From positions 4,030,001 through 4,094,000 of the forward strand of contig CM068754.1 of NCBI GenBank assembly GCA_035084275.1: DNA of 64,000 bases, written 5' to 3'. This document shows, piece by piece, positions 23,363 through 37,434 of the stretch; within the stretch, counting starts at the first letter, position 1, and every line of letters starts with the position of its first letter. A program made the translations under genes and the position numbers. Below the pieces are notes generated by a model. The model had not been told where the DNA came from, made no database searches, and saw nothing but the letters and a program-made list of their open reading frames with translations. This stretch comes from Hydrolagus colliei. Taxonomy: Eukaryota.

Positions 23363-26300
23363 AGTAAAGGTGCAATCCTTTGAACACAGCACAAACATTC
23401 ATTCAACACAACAACAAAGCCAAATTTGTCAGCGTCCTGCTTTTCAGACTTAATTTCACAATTCTGATCTTTAAATGAACTGGAAATCAGAAAGGCTGCT
23501 TCCACATGACAGCTGACTGAACATATGGACAATAATTTCATCCCCTTTTCTCGTTCTTCTTCCTTCCAATTCTTGGCGAGCTGAAAGCTCAGACACAGCA
23601 TGTGAGGAAATATCTGACAAGAAGTGGCAACACGATTGTTTTGGAAATGAGAATTCACTATTAATCACCACTGCAATAATGCAGTGGAAAAACATGAAAG
23701 ATGGAAACCATGATAAAATGCACAAATTACAGTATCCTTTATTTTTGCAAAGGTATTTTGGGGGAGAGGAAAGAGTCGCGAGGAATGAGAGGAGTTACGT
23801 GTTGTTCAAGTAGTGAAAGTTTACACTATGTTTTGTGACATTTTTCCATTTTGTGTTGGTTAAATCACATTCTGGGAGGGTGACAAGTAGAGTTTTACAT
23901 CACGATTGTTATGGCCTTTGAAAATGAAGTTTTTAATTTAGTACCAATTAATGTCTGATTTCAGGATATCTTTTGCACTATGGGCATTATCCCAGTAGGA
24001 ACTGGGTATGAGCTTCCTAATCCATAATTGGGCCATTCATCCCATCAGTGGAGGGTGTGGTTTGAATCAGACTGTCAAGACATAATTGCAAGTCACTGCT
24101 CCATCCAAGGCTTTCTATTTTTTTAAAATCCCTTTATAACACAATTGCAACGATAAGCAGCAGATTTTAGCAAAGCACAGACTCAGCAAATATTGGGCAA
24201 AGGCGAGGAGGTTAGGAAAAGCAGTACCTGAGCTGTATAAATACAATGGAAATACAATAATGCAGAGAATTATAAGGCACTAAAAATAAATCACTGTCTA
24301 ATTATAACACAACCAGCATATGCAGTCCAGACTTGGACAATGAAAAACGAAATCATTTCCAAACAGCAATCCCAGAATTTATCAAGCAAGCTACAGTAAC
24401 CTTAAATCAGTCTTGTGAAATACTAACAATTTTCAAGCCAATCAATGTAGAGTTTGGCTCTGAAAAATAAAACGTTGACACAGATTTAAAAACATGAAAG
24501 CCCATGCGTCACTCTGGCGTAAGAATCTGATGACAATCACACAGGATCTCTCAACTCTGCAGCTAACTCAAAAAAAATGGATGGCTCTTGGCCATATAAA
24601 TGACTGACCTCAGCACTACATATAAAGCACTCCAGCCAAAAAACATTAATTATAAATAAGCAAAAATGAGTAGAATTTTTTCCCCCACTGAAGTCATTTA
24701 AAAAAAAGGCTGAGACTGAATGAACGAACGTTGATGGTTTGGAAGACATCAATACATTTGAGATGCCTCATATCACACAAAACATTTCAGATGAAGGTGA
24801 ATACAGCAGCCAATTTGCACTCCATTAAATCTCATCTTTCCACTACAAATCCAAGATACAATACATCCCTTACCATCTACCTATTGCAATAATCAAACTT
24901 GATTATGCTACTTGATAATATCACCATCTCTGCATTCAGGAACTCACATGGTCCAGAATGAGGGTAACAAACCACTCAAAATGAACGGAGCAGATCCCCA
25001 AATCGATTTAACATGGCACAGTATTTACTGGGTACGGTCATAGTCAGAAGAAAATTCTTAGGGCCAACTTGGAAACAGCACACAATGTTGTTTTATGAAT
25101 ATGTTGACCTCCCAGAGTACAAAAAAGCCTCTGAGCAGTTCCAATAAATAATCATTACATATGCTATTGTGCCTTTCATGTCGGGAGGATATATTCAAAG
25201 GTTGTGACTGAAATAATACAAAGTCCATATGGAAATCAATATGCCAAAGAACTATAAAGCTTGGGTTGTTTTAACTGAGCACATTGACAACATGCATGGA
25301 TTTCATCACCTCTACTGCTCTTGACGTATTTCAATACAATGATGCCTAACTCCATGTTGGCATGGATTCAGTTTGTTTCAGATCATTTTAAAGCAAAAGT
25401 GTTTGGCATGCAAACTAGTTGCATTCTCTTCATTAGGTGCAGATTGGAAAAAAATAGTTGTTTTTTTAGAAATCAACAGTACAGTATTTACATTACTTGT
25501 TTTGCATAAGCTACCACAGGCACAAAAGAGTTAATAAATCAAATAGTCAGCCTTGCTGTGTGAATATTCATCCAACCAGCACATGTGAGTTAACATATCA
25601 TAAATATTTCATTTTTATCCTTGGAATTGATTGGATAGGCTATTATGAAGCATCAGTTAATTTTATTCTTCATGATTAACTCTCACAACTGTAATTCATC
25701 CCAGCTACTTGGATCAGTAGTGTTTAATCTTGCTTTACAGGTCCGGTGGTTTGCATGCCCAAGGCAATCATTTGAACTCGAGTCATGGAAGACTAAGAAA
25801 AGGGAATATCATAGTTGCAGCTGGAGAGGCTTGAGTAAATTAAAATCTCTTAGTAATATAAATAAGGACTTTGGGGAGAATATGCAAATATTTAAGCTGT
25901 ATCAATGTTGCTCTAACGTTCCGTGTACACTCTGTTCTTGATGACAGTTAAAAAAAAATCTAGGTCGTTTGGGGGAATGCAAAAGCAAATTACATTGAAG
26001 CTCAATGCTGAGACCACCCTGATTTCAGCTGCACTCATTTGGCATGGTCGAGGTAGAATTGTATTCCCTAAGGCCCTGAAATGGAATATTTTTAAATAAT
26101 ATTAAAGGACCGTCACCTAAGCCACTCTCTAATGACAAGGAAATCTGAGTTCTGCAATTGCAGTTTGTTATGCACAACACTTCTCAGCTCCAACCAACAT
26201 AACTAGAACTAGGAAGTCCAAATTGAACTTCAGCTGTGAAATGAGACAGTTTTGCCTCCAGCAATGAACAATTTAATTTATAATATTACCTAATACACCA

Positions 26301-26535
26301 GCAATATCCAAAACTGTATTAGTCCAAGCAGTAAAATGTTAGCTGGCTAAGATCTGAACGATAAAGGAACAGCGCCTTGGGATGTCCTCTCGACGTGAAA
26401 GGCGCTATATAAATGTAAGTTTTGTTTGTTTGTTTGTTTGTGGAATAAATTTAAAAATTGCTCCCTAATAGGCAGAGAAATCTATTATCAATGAATTCAA
26501 TCTCAGGCAATCAATCTACTTGAAACTCAAACTTA

Positions 26536-26800
26536 ATAATAATAATCCTTGCATTTTCATGTTTTCTAGACGTCTCAAAGCGCTTCACTGAATATACTGT
26601 CAAGTGAACTGACTGTATATATGTGGGTGAAATGCAGCAGCCAATGGCGTACAGCAGTGTCCCACAAACAGTCGTGGAATGAAATGACCAATGTTTTTTT
26701 TTTGGAAGGATTATTATCAGGTGTATAGAGTAAGGAAACTTGCCCAAGGTTTCGCCCTGCCTGGAATTGAACCCAGGCCTCTCACTTGCAAGGCAAGTGT
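26536..26800 (-). mobile_element. Deu-domain tRNA-SINE
   Basis: Reverse complement of the 8538-8842 family, including the B box (ggaattgaacccagg on +). Confidence 0.88.
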
Positions 26801-27138
26801 CTTATCACTCATGGGATCAGACAACAGAGCAGTTTCCAACCCATCTTTTCAATTAGCATATATTCATACTCATCCTGCATTGCTTAGCAATAGGGAAAGG
26901 TGGCATTCTTGCACAACGCACATAGTAGTAAATGTATGAATTAGAGGATGTTCCAACACTGCACTTACCAAAGTAGAACAGACAGTGCAAAACAGGGTGT
27001 TCTATGATGAAGATTATTAGAATATACTGCACATATTAACTCAAACCACTGTACCTTAACTCACCTGCAGAAATGTGTTTAGATGCCATGTCATGCACAG
27101 GTATGGCTAATAGAAATGTGCAACGAAGAGTCCAGCTC

Positions 27139-27350
27139 ATAAGAACATAAGAAATAGGAGCAGGAGTAAGCCATTCGGCCCATCGAGCCTGCCCAACTAT
27201 TCAATCATGGCTGATATTCTACTCTAACTCCAGCTACCTGCCATATCCCCATACCCCTCAATCCCTTTATAAATGAGAAATCTATCTAACTCAGTCTTGA
27301 ATATGTTCAAGGACTGAGCATCAACAGCCCTTTGGGGTAAAGAATTCCAC
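27139..27350 (-). mobile_element. CR1 LINE 3' end (cttatgtt-tailed family)
   Basis: cataagaacataagaaataggagcaggagtaagccattcggccc is the reverse complement of a CR1 3' UTR and tail. Confidence 0.8.
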
Positions 27351-27559
27351 TCATGAGTCACCACTGTCAATAATTACTATAAAGTGTGGGAAGAGAGCCA
27401 CAGGCAACAGGAATACTATCGACACCAACAGTTTCTGCTGAACACAGCATGAGATAATGCAAAATCCAGCTGAAAGAAATTGCCTTCTACGATGTTAAAA
27501 TGTCTCAAAACCATTTTACACTAATTACCGTCAAGTACAGTAATATAATAATCCTTATA

Positions 27560-27768
27560 CAGTAAAAGCCCATTTATCCGGCACCCGATCAACCGTAACT
27601 TCCATATAACCGGCATCGCAAAAAAAAGGTCCGCATTCGATTAACTGGAATTTATCCGGGAAAATGCATTGAAATTTTATTATTATTATTTTTGCGTTTT
27701 CGGCCGAATATCTGGGAGGCGCTTTACTGGCCAGGTCCCGAGAGTGCTGGATAAACAGCCTTTTACTG
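27560..27768. mobile_element. Tigger-like MITE inserted in a SINE tail
   Basis: TIRs CAGTAAAAGCCCATTTATCCGGCAC / GTGCTGGATAAACAGCCTTTTACTG with TA TSD. It interrupts a minus-strand SINE/L2-type tail. Confidence 0.85.
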
Positions 27769-30700
27769 TATATGGTATAGCACCTTTCATGTCAGGAGAA
27801 TGTTCTAAAGTTCTTCACAGGATATACCATAAAGTGACTGTGTTTTGTGGGTAAATATTGAATGTTTTGACAGAGAAACTGCAACTATTTTACACAAAGT
27901 AAGGGGCCACAAACAGTAAGTATAATGACCAGTTGTACCTGGAGAATTGTTGACCAGGACAACAGGTGAAACGCTTCTAATACTGTCCCTCATCAGATCT
28001 ACAAGTAGTGTCCCTCATCAGAGAGGGACACTTGTGAGTGTCCCTCACAAGTTAACCACACAAACTGGAACTCAATTTATAGTCTCTTCTGAAAGACAGC
28101 AACTCCAAAAATGCAGTACCTTCAAGCTTGAGAGGGTCAGTCTAGACCACGTTGAAGCTTCATGTAGGACTTTTATCCACAACCTTCTACCTCAGAAATC
28201 AAAGTCCTGCCATCTGAACCAAATTGGCCTTCAATGCAGGGACACTGGCTTCCGTTTTTGATGTTAATTGACAGAGAAATATTATTGCCCAATAAACGCA
28301 TACTCCAAACTCCTGCTTGGACCCAGGCTAAGGCAGACATTGGCCTCATACAATTAAGGCCTGACATGAATGCTCCTGTCTTTTCCATTGGGAAGGGAAC
28401 ACTTGCACTTAGTAATGCAATTCTGTCTGGCACATGGAGAGAAGGCAGCTGTTAAGTATAAATCATGGCACATTACATTGCACTCAGTGTGGATTAGTCT
28501 CATTTGCACTGATCATAATCTCAAAGATTAGACTAGCCATTAAAATTCCCCTGGCTGTGTGAAACATTTTAAGTGGTAGTGGCCATCAGCCCTGGGCCAT
28601 ATCCGAGCAGAACCTGAAAGAATCTAAGACTGCTCTGCTAAAGAGAAACAAGTCTTTTGGAAGGGCAGCATGGTAGGTAGAGAGAATGGGGAAGAGGAAA
28701 TATTCCAGACGTAGCTTTATTCCCACACTCCTCCCAAGATCTAGAGAGGGAGAGAGAGACAGACAGAGAGAGCTTTTATTTAAAGAGTACATTTAGGACA
28801 TATGATCCCGAAGAATTCCTTGAAGGAATCAATTTATAAAGAACTGGATTTAGAAGGAAGTTCCATGTCCCAAACAAGTAATGGAGGCTTTCCAAAATCT
28901 TGAGATGCAGTACTGATATTTCAATCCCCCAGATGAGGACAGAAACAATAATTTTGCAATTTGCAAATGGTTACGATAAATAACAAGCATTTTATAGTAT
29001 AAAGGTTCTGGACACCAAAGTAAAGCTGAATGGAAAGTCCTTTTACTTGCTGCCTCAGTATTGAACCTGGGACTTGGGAACGTCCGCCTGACGTGAAGGG
29101 CGCTCTATAAATGCAATTTTGTTGTTTTGTTGTTGTTGTTGAAACAATTTTTAGAGACATTTGGATCCCTGTAGTAAGGTCCATACATCAGTATAGGTTC
29201 AAAATGTGTTGAAAACCCTGTGTCATCTTAGAATTACAAAGCATCAATAAAATAATCCTGGTTCTCCAACCAAGTACTGTACTTTTCTCTATTTCAGAAG
29301 CCAAAGCTTCTGTACTTCTGCAGCCAAAGCTTCTTGGCAGCAAAGCTCCAATTATTCTCTCAACTGCTGGGAGGAACCCCATGAATTTCAGGAAAGGACT
29401 TTTCAATAACAGAAGGTTTCAGCATCTAAAGGTGTGCTGGATCAGCATCAATAGGAAGTGTGAGAGCACATCGAGAGGGAATGTCAACCGTTAAAGAAGC
29501 TGAAAACAGCTGTGGGGTGCATTGTGAATCTGGTTAGTCTTCTTAGAAATCGCTTCTCCATTAAAATAAAACCTCCGCTGTAATATGAAGTGGTTAAAAT
29601 GCTAACCTAGAATCTTTTCACCTGTATATTTTTTAAAAATTTAAATTATGCATAAAGTGAACTATTGGAACATTATACTGCATCAAGCATTGCAATGGTC
29701 ACTGCAGTGAATTCACTCTTTCTACAGGCAGAATAATGGCTTTAGCGCTCCAAGAAGCTGCCCCGTGTGAATGGCGCAATATAATTGCGAGTTGTTATTA
29801 GCTGGTGTCAATATGTAGACGGCTTGCAAGAGACCAGTTGTTACCAGTAATTGTTTCCCATTCACAGGTCAGTAAGGGAAAATTCTGCTCTGTAATGTGT
29901 TTAGCAGGTCAGAAGGACAACTGTTCAAGTGGAAGAATGTACAAATATTTAAAAATAAATGCCCAATTTGAAACATTTGTAGCTTTCTATAGAGCATGAT
30001 TCTGGTTCAAGGGAAGCGAGGAATGTATCTCAAGAGTCAGCTGCAACATGGGCAGCACACCAGTTGGCAGCATAGATAAGAACATTAGAACATATTAGAT
30101 GAACTAATACATATCAGAATCATAACCCACGAGAGCTATAAAACAGAGATCTGATGTTCAATGCTCAAATCAGTTGAGTGACTATCTCCTACCAACTTCA
30201 AAAGGCGTGCAAATGAAGAATCCAGAGTAAAACCACCGATGGCTGCAAAAGCATTATTTTCTTCAGTGTCAATGTTAGCAGCAATATTTTTTTCAAGGCA
30301 ATCTTTGGAAGATTTCAAACTGAACTGCTTCATCTGAACATGCTGTGATCTTGCCCCCTCTGTGTACAGTAATCAAAAACTGCAGCTCAGCGGGAAAGCC
30401 AATTAATGGGATCTCTTACAAATCAGTGCACAAATCAAACTCACTCCAGCCAGCTGCCAGTAAAATTCTACTGACACACTAATTTGCAGTTTAAAATCTT
30501 TTTTTGAAATAATGGAGACACCTTAAATTACACAATCTCGTATCGTGGGTTGAAATGTATTTAAACACTCCCTTCTGCCTTGGGCTTGACACGAAAGGCA
30601 CTATACAAATTTAATTTTGTTGATGTTTTTCAAATCCAGCCCTAATGGCACCAGATCACAAGTCCCTTTGATCCATACAAATGTAATTTTGTTGTTGCTG

Positions 30701-33108
30701 TTGATCTCACCCTTATAGAATATCCATCGCACCATCTCCCCTCACAGTGTCAAATGATTTCTTAGGTCCAGTGTCCTATTGGTGTACATTGCTCTCAGGT
30801 ATCCCATTCCAGCTATTAACTGCTCTCACTCTAAAGACGTACTTCCTCCTGTCCTTCCTAAAATTGCTCTTCAGAACCATTAGCGAAAGCTTTCTGCTTT
30901 ACGTACCTGGCTGGGATGTATAGAATGCAATTTTCTAACTTTGTATAGGATGCAAATTTCTAAGATGTGTCTGTGAATACTAGATAAAACAAGTTGGTGC
31001 AGCCATATCTCAGTTTCCACTGAATATTAAGTCAGTAACACTAATTTTAGAACCATCAACACAGGAGACTCTGCGTGCGAGGCAAGCATGAAAGTGGAAT
31101 CATCTACTCTATTCTGAAATAGAAAACATAGCAAAGTGCTACTTATGCAAAACACAAACAAAGGACAATGCAAGCCTGCTATGCCTTCTCAGGAGTCAGC
31201 TGCTTGGCAGAGACACAGATGCAAATAATAGCCAGTAATAAAGGTTAAACGTATGAATAAGACCACATCTTAGTTTAAGAAAAGTATGGGAATCCACCTC
31301 TGGCTTGAGTGAATTCTTCTGTAGGCTATAACGGGTTCTATTTAAAGGTTTAATGTGAATGTGCAATGCAAAGCACCACTTCAGCAGTTTCATTCAGAGA
31401 CCGCAAGAATGACTAGAGTAGAGAAGTGGAAATGCACATTGGTGCAATAAAACATTGGGAAAATGTTGACAGATTCAATGAGCAATTATGTGATGGGGGA
31501 GTGCATGACTGCTCCACAGGATGCGCAAAATGGAAAAAAGTTCCCTAATGCAGACACCTTCATATGATGGCATGTTGTCTACAAAATATACAGTCAATTA
31601 AGTTTACCGTATATTCAGTAAAGCACTTTGAGATGTCTAGAAGACATGATAAAGCACTACATCAAATGCAAGGATTATGATTACTATAAAATTCTTAGTC
31701 CTGTTTAGACTCTTAAGCATAATGATGGTGTCCGTACAAGTCACACAATTGACCAAAACAATTGTTGACTGGCAGGTCCAAATATTCTCGAAAAAAAACA
31801 GGAATTCTATGAATTTTATTTTCAGGGAAACGGACCATTTGGACATATAGAGAAAAATTGAAAAATGAAGCAAACTGGCATTGCAGCCAGCCATTCCCTG
31901 AAAAGCTGCCGCCCCCAATCATCCGATAATCCTATTGCACTAATGAAAAAGAGAACAACAACAAAATTTCACTTGTAAAGTGCCTTTCACATCAGGAGGA
32001 CATTCCAAGGTGCTGGATGGTAGTTTCTCCCATGGTTCTGGCTAACAACATTAATTGGTCGTTCACCTTGTGACTGTTTTGGGGACATTTCTGGGAAAAA
32101 TGGCAACCTATTGACACGGGTTACTTGTGCTGGTCTTTGAGAAGTTTTGATGCAGTAACGCCCAAGGCACACCAGTAATGTTGCTAAATTTGGAATCTTA
32201 CAAGCATCTCAGATTTTGTAGGAGGAAACTGAGAACTTAAAATACATTAGTTGGAACCACTAATGTTAAGTTGAGTGGGCCAAGCCAAATGTTGCTCTTT
32301 ATAGAAGCACACTAGGAAATAGAACAGCAGCAATCTTATCCAAAATAGGATAACTTCAAGAGGTTTTTGTGGCCGAAAGAGAGACTAATTTCAGAAACCG
32401 ATCTATCATTTTAGCAGTTGGGTAGTAATCTAATGTGGGAAGAACGAAGAGACTTTCTTTTAAAGAGAGAGAAAGCTGCATATCTTCCAGTCATTCAAAT
32501 ATTGCTGCCTTCGAAAGAAAATAATCTTCGAAACGAAACATAAAAACAAAATAAGAAAGAATGGCACACATGTGAATGCTTCAACACACTGTGCCAGGGA
32601 AGTTAGATGCAGATTCATTGTTCAACACATACGCACATTCCAGCAATCATCAATGAATTGTGATCGAGAAACTTAGTTGATTTCAATTGGGTTTTCAGTG
32701 CATGCATTAAGAAAGCAAAGTTAGCCAGGGTTCCCTCTCCTAATTGTTATCCAACAGCATCCCATTAAAGGTATTCATTCACCAGTGAAGGTTTGGACCC
32801 GATACAACATCTCCCACCTTGTAATTGAACAGCCCAAACACACTGTTTTAGGCAAGACGTGAGCAGTGGCCATTGGGCAAAACATCAGAGAGTAGCCTGC
32901 ATCTGTAGAACCTTTTCCTAGGTAAAGGAAGAAAAGTATCTGAACTCCGTCAGGAGGGGAGTCAGGAGGAGAAACCACCAGATTTAACTCTGCAATACGA
33001 CTGGTCCCATTATATGATGTAACACATCTTTAGGAAATTCCTCCGTCCTGCTCTACAAAGCACTACCTTCATCTTTCAAAATCAGAAAACTTCAAACCAA
33101 ACTGAATA

Positions 33109-34351
33109 CGGTAGAAGCCCGTTTATCTGTGACTCGATGCACCGGCACTTCCATATAACCTGCATGGCAAAAAAAAAGTCCCCATTCGATAAACCGGAAC
33201 TTATCCGGAACAATAGCAGTGGAACATTTGTAAATGCATAAATAATAACATAACAGAATATTGCATTGACACTCACCATCAAAACTACTCTCAGCCCCCC
33301 AACCCCCGCTGGTAGATGCTGCGCTTGAAGCCATGATGCTGCGGTTGAGGTTTACAGTCCATTTTGGGAGCGACTCCTCCCAAAATGGAGCACGCCAAGC
33401 AAGCAAAAAAAACGGATCGCATATGACTTCAAAGTCTTGTTATCCAACAGCACCTCAATACTTCAGGTGCAGTGTTTCGGTTTGCCGCTAGTAGAGTCTA
33501 GGGCTTCGGAAATCGTGCGACTTTAAAATTGCGCTGCCGCTTCTTTCACCCGCCTGGCTCCCCCATTCAAAAAAGAATCGCTGGACTGCAAACACCAATC
33601 AACAAAGGTGAGAAGCGCAAGAGAGCAGCCCCAACAACAAGCGCCAACATAATGCTCTGTCACTATCTGCTATTACTGGTCACCACACTACAGAAAGGAT
33701 GTGAAGGCATTGGAAAGGGTACAACGAAGATTTACTAGGATGGTGCCAGGATTGAGGGACTTCAGCTATGAGGAGAGGCTAGATAGGCTAGGGTTATTCT
33801 CTCTGGAGCAGAGAAGATTGAGGGGAGACCTAATAGAGGTTTATAAGATCATGAGGGGTTTCGACAGGGCAAATAGAGAAAAACTATTTCCACTCGTGGG
33901 TGAATCTGTGACTCGTGGTCACAGATTTTAAATAGTTTCAAGGCGCAGTAGAGGGGAGCTGAGGAGAAATGTTTTCACTCAGCGAGTTGTTCGAATCTGG
34001 AATGCATTGCCTGAAAAGGTGGTGGAGGCTGATTCGATAACAACTTTTAAAAGGGAATTAGATCTTTATTTAGGGAGAACGGGTCTATTAGGCTATGGGG
34101 AGCGGGCAGGGCAATGGGATTGAATCGCTCTTTTCAAAGAGCCGGCACAGACTAGATGGGCCGAATGGCCTCCTTTTGTGCCGTAAAATTCTATGATTCT
34201 ATGATTCTATGATACCTAGTATGATGTGTGTTAAAAGAACTTAAATGTTTCTGTTCGTGGGTTTTCGGCTGCGGACTGTCCGAATATCCGGCAGGCGCTT
34301 TAACTGGCATTGGCCAGGTCCCGCGGGTGCTGGATACACTGGCTTCTACTG
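33109..34351. mobile_element. Tigger-like non-autonomous element interrupted by CR1
   Basis: TIRs CGGTAGAAGCCCGTTTATC / GATACACTGGCTTCTACTG, preceded by TA (TG on the right). The right end resembles that of 27560-27768. Confidence 0.75.
33676..34213 (+). mobile_element. Young CR1 LINE, 5'-truncated (RT C-terminal region plus 3' UTR)
   Basis: ALERVQRRFTRMVPGLRDFSYEERLDRLGLFSLEQRRLRGDLIEVYKI peptide and (ATTCTATG)n tail. Confidence 0.95.
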
Positions 34352-34789
34352 TGCTTAACTTCCTCCCCTAGAAAGAACAGCTGCAGCCTTATTAACCAAC
34401 ACTTGAACATTGAAGTTTTTTCCCCACATAGAACTGTTTATTTTATAAATAAAACACATTTCCCTAATTCAATGGCATCCTTTCACTTTAACCAGTGCCA
34501 GAATGACAGACATGTAATTACAATGCCCAGCAAAATTGATTGCACAAGGTTGACCTAATACCAATTAAGGCACCCTTCAATATTCATTACTGCACCTGGA
34601 AAACCTAGCGCTTATTTTCATCTCATTATCATTTATCGGAAGCGATTGACACAGTCGATATGGCTGCCATGTTTGCCAACATTTTTCTTTATTTCCAATC
34701 AAGTATATATTTTTAAAGCCCTTGAGACTTATTTTCCATGTAAGGTGCTATATCAAAGCAAGATCTTAGTATAAAATCTAACCTATAGT

Positions 34790-35470
34790 TTAACAGCTTC
34801 TCCCCCTGTCCGCACAAGGTCGATGTTTCTCAAGGCTCTATTCTCGGTCCTCTCCTTTTCCTCAACGATATGCTCCTCTCCCTTAGTGATTCCTGGATGT
34901 CTATAGGTTACTCCACTCATCTCTACCACAAGCTCCACTCTGACTTCAGGACAACAGCTGTTTTTACAGACTGCCTGTCAGACAACAAGTTATCAGTGAA
35001 CCTCAACATTCTCCAATTCAATCTCAATAAATCTGAAGCCATCCTGCTCCACAATACCAACACAATACCACCTTCTCACCTCAAGCACTTGCCCACTGCA
35101 TCAATCTTGTCGGATGCTCAAGCAATTGACCAAGCCTGTGAGGATCCTCGGCATTTTGTTCAACCCTCAACTCTCTGAGCCTTTTTATCCAACTCCATAA
35201 CATCACGCCTCTGCCATTTTGTCACTCTCAAGTAAACCTTTCACCAACACCTTCAACCATACACACTGAGCCTCCTCAGCTCTACCCTTTACAAACTCAA
35301 CACAATCCTGAATTCGTCAGCCCATTTTCTCTCACGTACTGGATTCCACAATGCCATCACCTCTATCCTCACCCGGTTCTACAAGCTCTCGATAGCTCAG
35401 TAAATCAACTTTACAATCCTTATCCTTACCTTCAAATGACTTTTCCTCATCCTACCACTCCAGTAACTCT
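34790..35470 (+). mobile_element. Old degraded L2 RT fragment
   Basis: Remnants of VxQGSILGPLLF (gtttctcaaggctctattctcggtcctctcctt) and LQFNLNKSEAIL. Confidence 0.75.
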
Positions 35471-36131
35471 CCGACATGAACAATGCTATACCAAATGTTA
35501 GGATTAGCATCCTATGTAGATCCACTGGATTCATGGATTGGTTGAACAAAATCATAATTTTAAAAGTCAGGCTTATGGTTTCCCAGTGACAATGTCCAAG
35601 ATTTTCGAATGCTATGTTCTGTAATATTTACAGATATAATCAAAGATATACTAAAAAAAATGCATTGAAAGTTTTTTGTGCCTCAAATGGAATAGAAACA
35701 AAAAAACAGATGTGATATTCTCTTTTTTATGGGACAGGGAGTGGGTGTGGGAATCTGACATTAAGTGAATATGTAAGTGTCTGGGAATAAACATTGCTCC
35801 TTCCAAACCATGCCTAGACTGACTGCCTGTAATGTCTCATTTGTGGAAACTCATCTTAGACTCCAGATGTGAAACTACATTTTGTATTTTCAGCTACGTT
35901 TGTTAAAAAACATATTAAAGCTGTTTGTAGGAGATACTGTATATGCTTTTTTAAAAAAATCAAAAATGTTCCTAGGTAATTTGTGATTAATTGGAGCAAG
36001 GATCACTTTACAGTACATTCTGTGAAGTACTTTGAGATGACGATAAGATGTGAAAAGCGCAATATCAAATGCAAGGATTATTATTATTATAACATATATC
36101 CTGAGCGAGAATCTTTTTAATAAAACAGATG

Positions 36132-36771
36132 AACAACAACAACAACAACTTAAACTTATAAAGCACCTTTCACGTCGGGAGGACGTCCCAAGGCGCTGCA
36201 CAGGAGGCGTGTGACCCGAGCTGGGAGGGGAGTGTTCGGGAAGGGGTGAAGGAGGTCGAAATGTTTGGTGGGGAACAAAAGGCACGGTCGAAGAGGAAAG
36301 TCTTCAAACCGGCCTTGAAAGAGGAAAGGGAAGAAACAAGGTGGAGGGATTGGTGGATGGAATTCCACAGGGTGGGAGCGGAGAAACTGAAGGCCCGGCC
36401 TCCGATGGTGGGGCGGTTCGGGCGGGGGGCTTGGAGCAGGCCAAGTCCTGCTGAACGGAGGGTCTGGGTGGGCTTATAGGGGGAAAGTAAATCGGTTAAG
36501 TAGGGCGGGGCAAGGCCGTGTAAGGCCTTGAAGGTGAGGACGAGGATCTTGAACTCGATCCTCTGGAGGATGGGGAGCCAGTGGAGATGGGCGAGGGTGG
36601 GGGTTATGTGGTCGCGGAGGCAGGTGCGGGATAATACACGGGCTGCAGAGTTTTGTAATGACCTGCAGCCTGTGAATGGAGGAACTGGGGAGGCCGACGA
36701 GGAGAGAGTTTCCGTAGTCCAGCCGTGAGGTGATGTATGTGTGCACGAGTGTTTCGGCAGCGTGGGGGGTG
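36132..36771 (-). mobile_element. Young L2 LINE 3' portion
   Basis: [21 protein letters not shown]...[27 protein letters not shown], 3' stem-loop and (TTG)n tail. Confidence 0.95.
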
Positions 36772-36884
36772 AACAATCAAACAATTCTCCATTTGTCAGA
36801 CCACTTTAACCTATTAATGCGCAAATACAAAGCAACATTATATCTGAAGAGAACTGGTGACCATCCCAGTTTCATTCCCGCAAT

Positions 36885-37410
36885 ACTATCCCACACCCGC
36901 CTCCGCGACCACATAACCCCCACCCTCGCCCGTCTCCACTGGCTCCCCACCCTCCAGAGGATCGAGTTTAAGATCCTCGTCCTCACCTACAAGGCCTTAC
37001 ACGGCCTTACCCCATCCTACTTAACCGATCTACTCTCCCCCTACACGCCCACCCGGACCCTCCGTTCAACAGGACTTGGCCTGCTCCAAGCCCCCCGCCC
37101 GAACCGCCCCACCATCGGAGGCCGGGCCTTCAGTTTCTCCGCTCCCACCCTATGGAATGCCATCCCTTAATCCCTCCGTTTCGTCTCTTCCCTTTCCTCT
37201 TTCAAGGCCGGTTTGAAGACTTTCCTCTTCGATCGTGCCTTTTGTTCCACCACGAACTCTTTTACCTCCCCTTCGTCTTTCACCCCTTCCCAAACACTCC
37301 CCTCCCAGCTCGGGTCACACGCCTCCTGTTCAGCGCCTTGGGACGTCCTCCCGACGTGAAAGGCGCTCTATAAATGTAAATTGTTGTTGTTGTTGTTGTT
37401 AATTGTTGTT
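36885..37410 (+). mobile_element. Young L2 LINE 3' portion, inverted relative to its neighbour
   Basis: [21 protein letters not shown]...PTLWNAIP, stem-loop gcgccttgggacgtcctcccgacgtgaaaggcgc and (TTG)n tail. Confidence 0.95.
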
Positions 37411-37434
37411 ATTTACCGATACGACCGGCCTTAC

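Noticed and set aside
30136-30333. Protein-like minus-strand ORF as an extra ENOX2 exon
   Set aside because: No similarity to the ENOX family and no convincing flanking splice sites.
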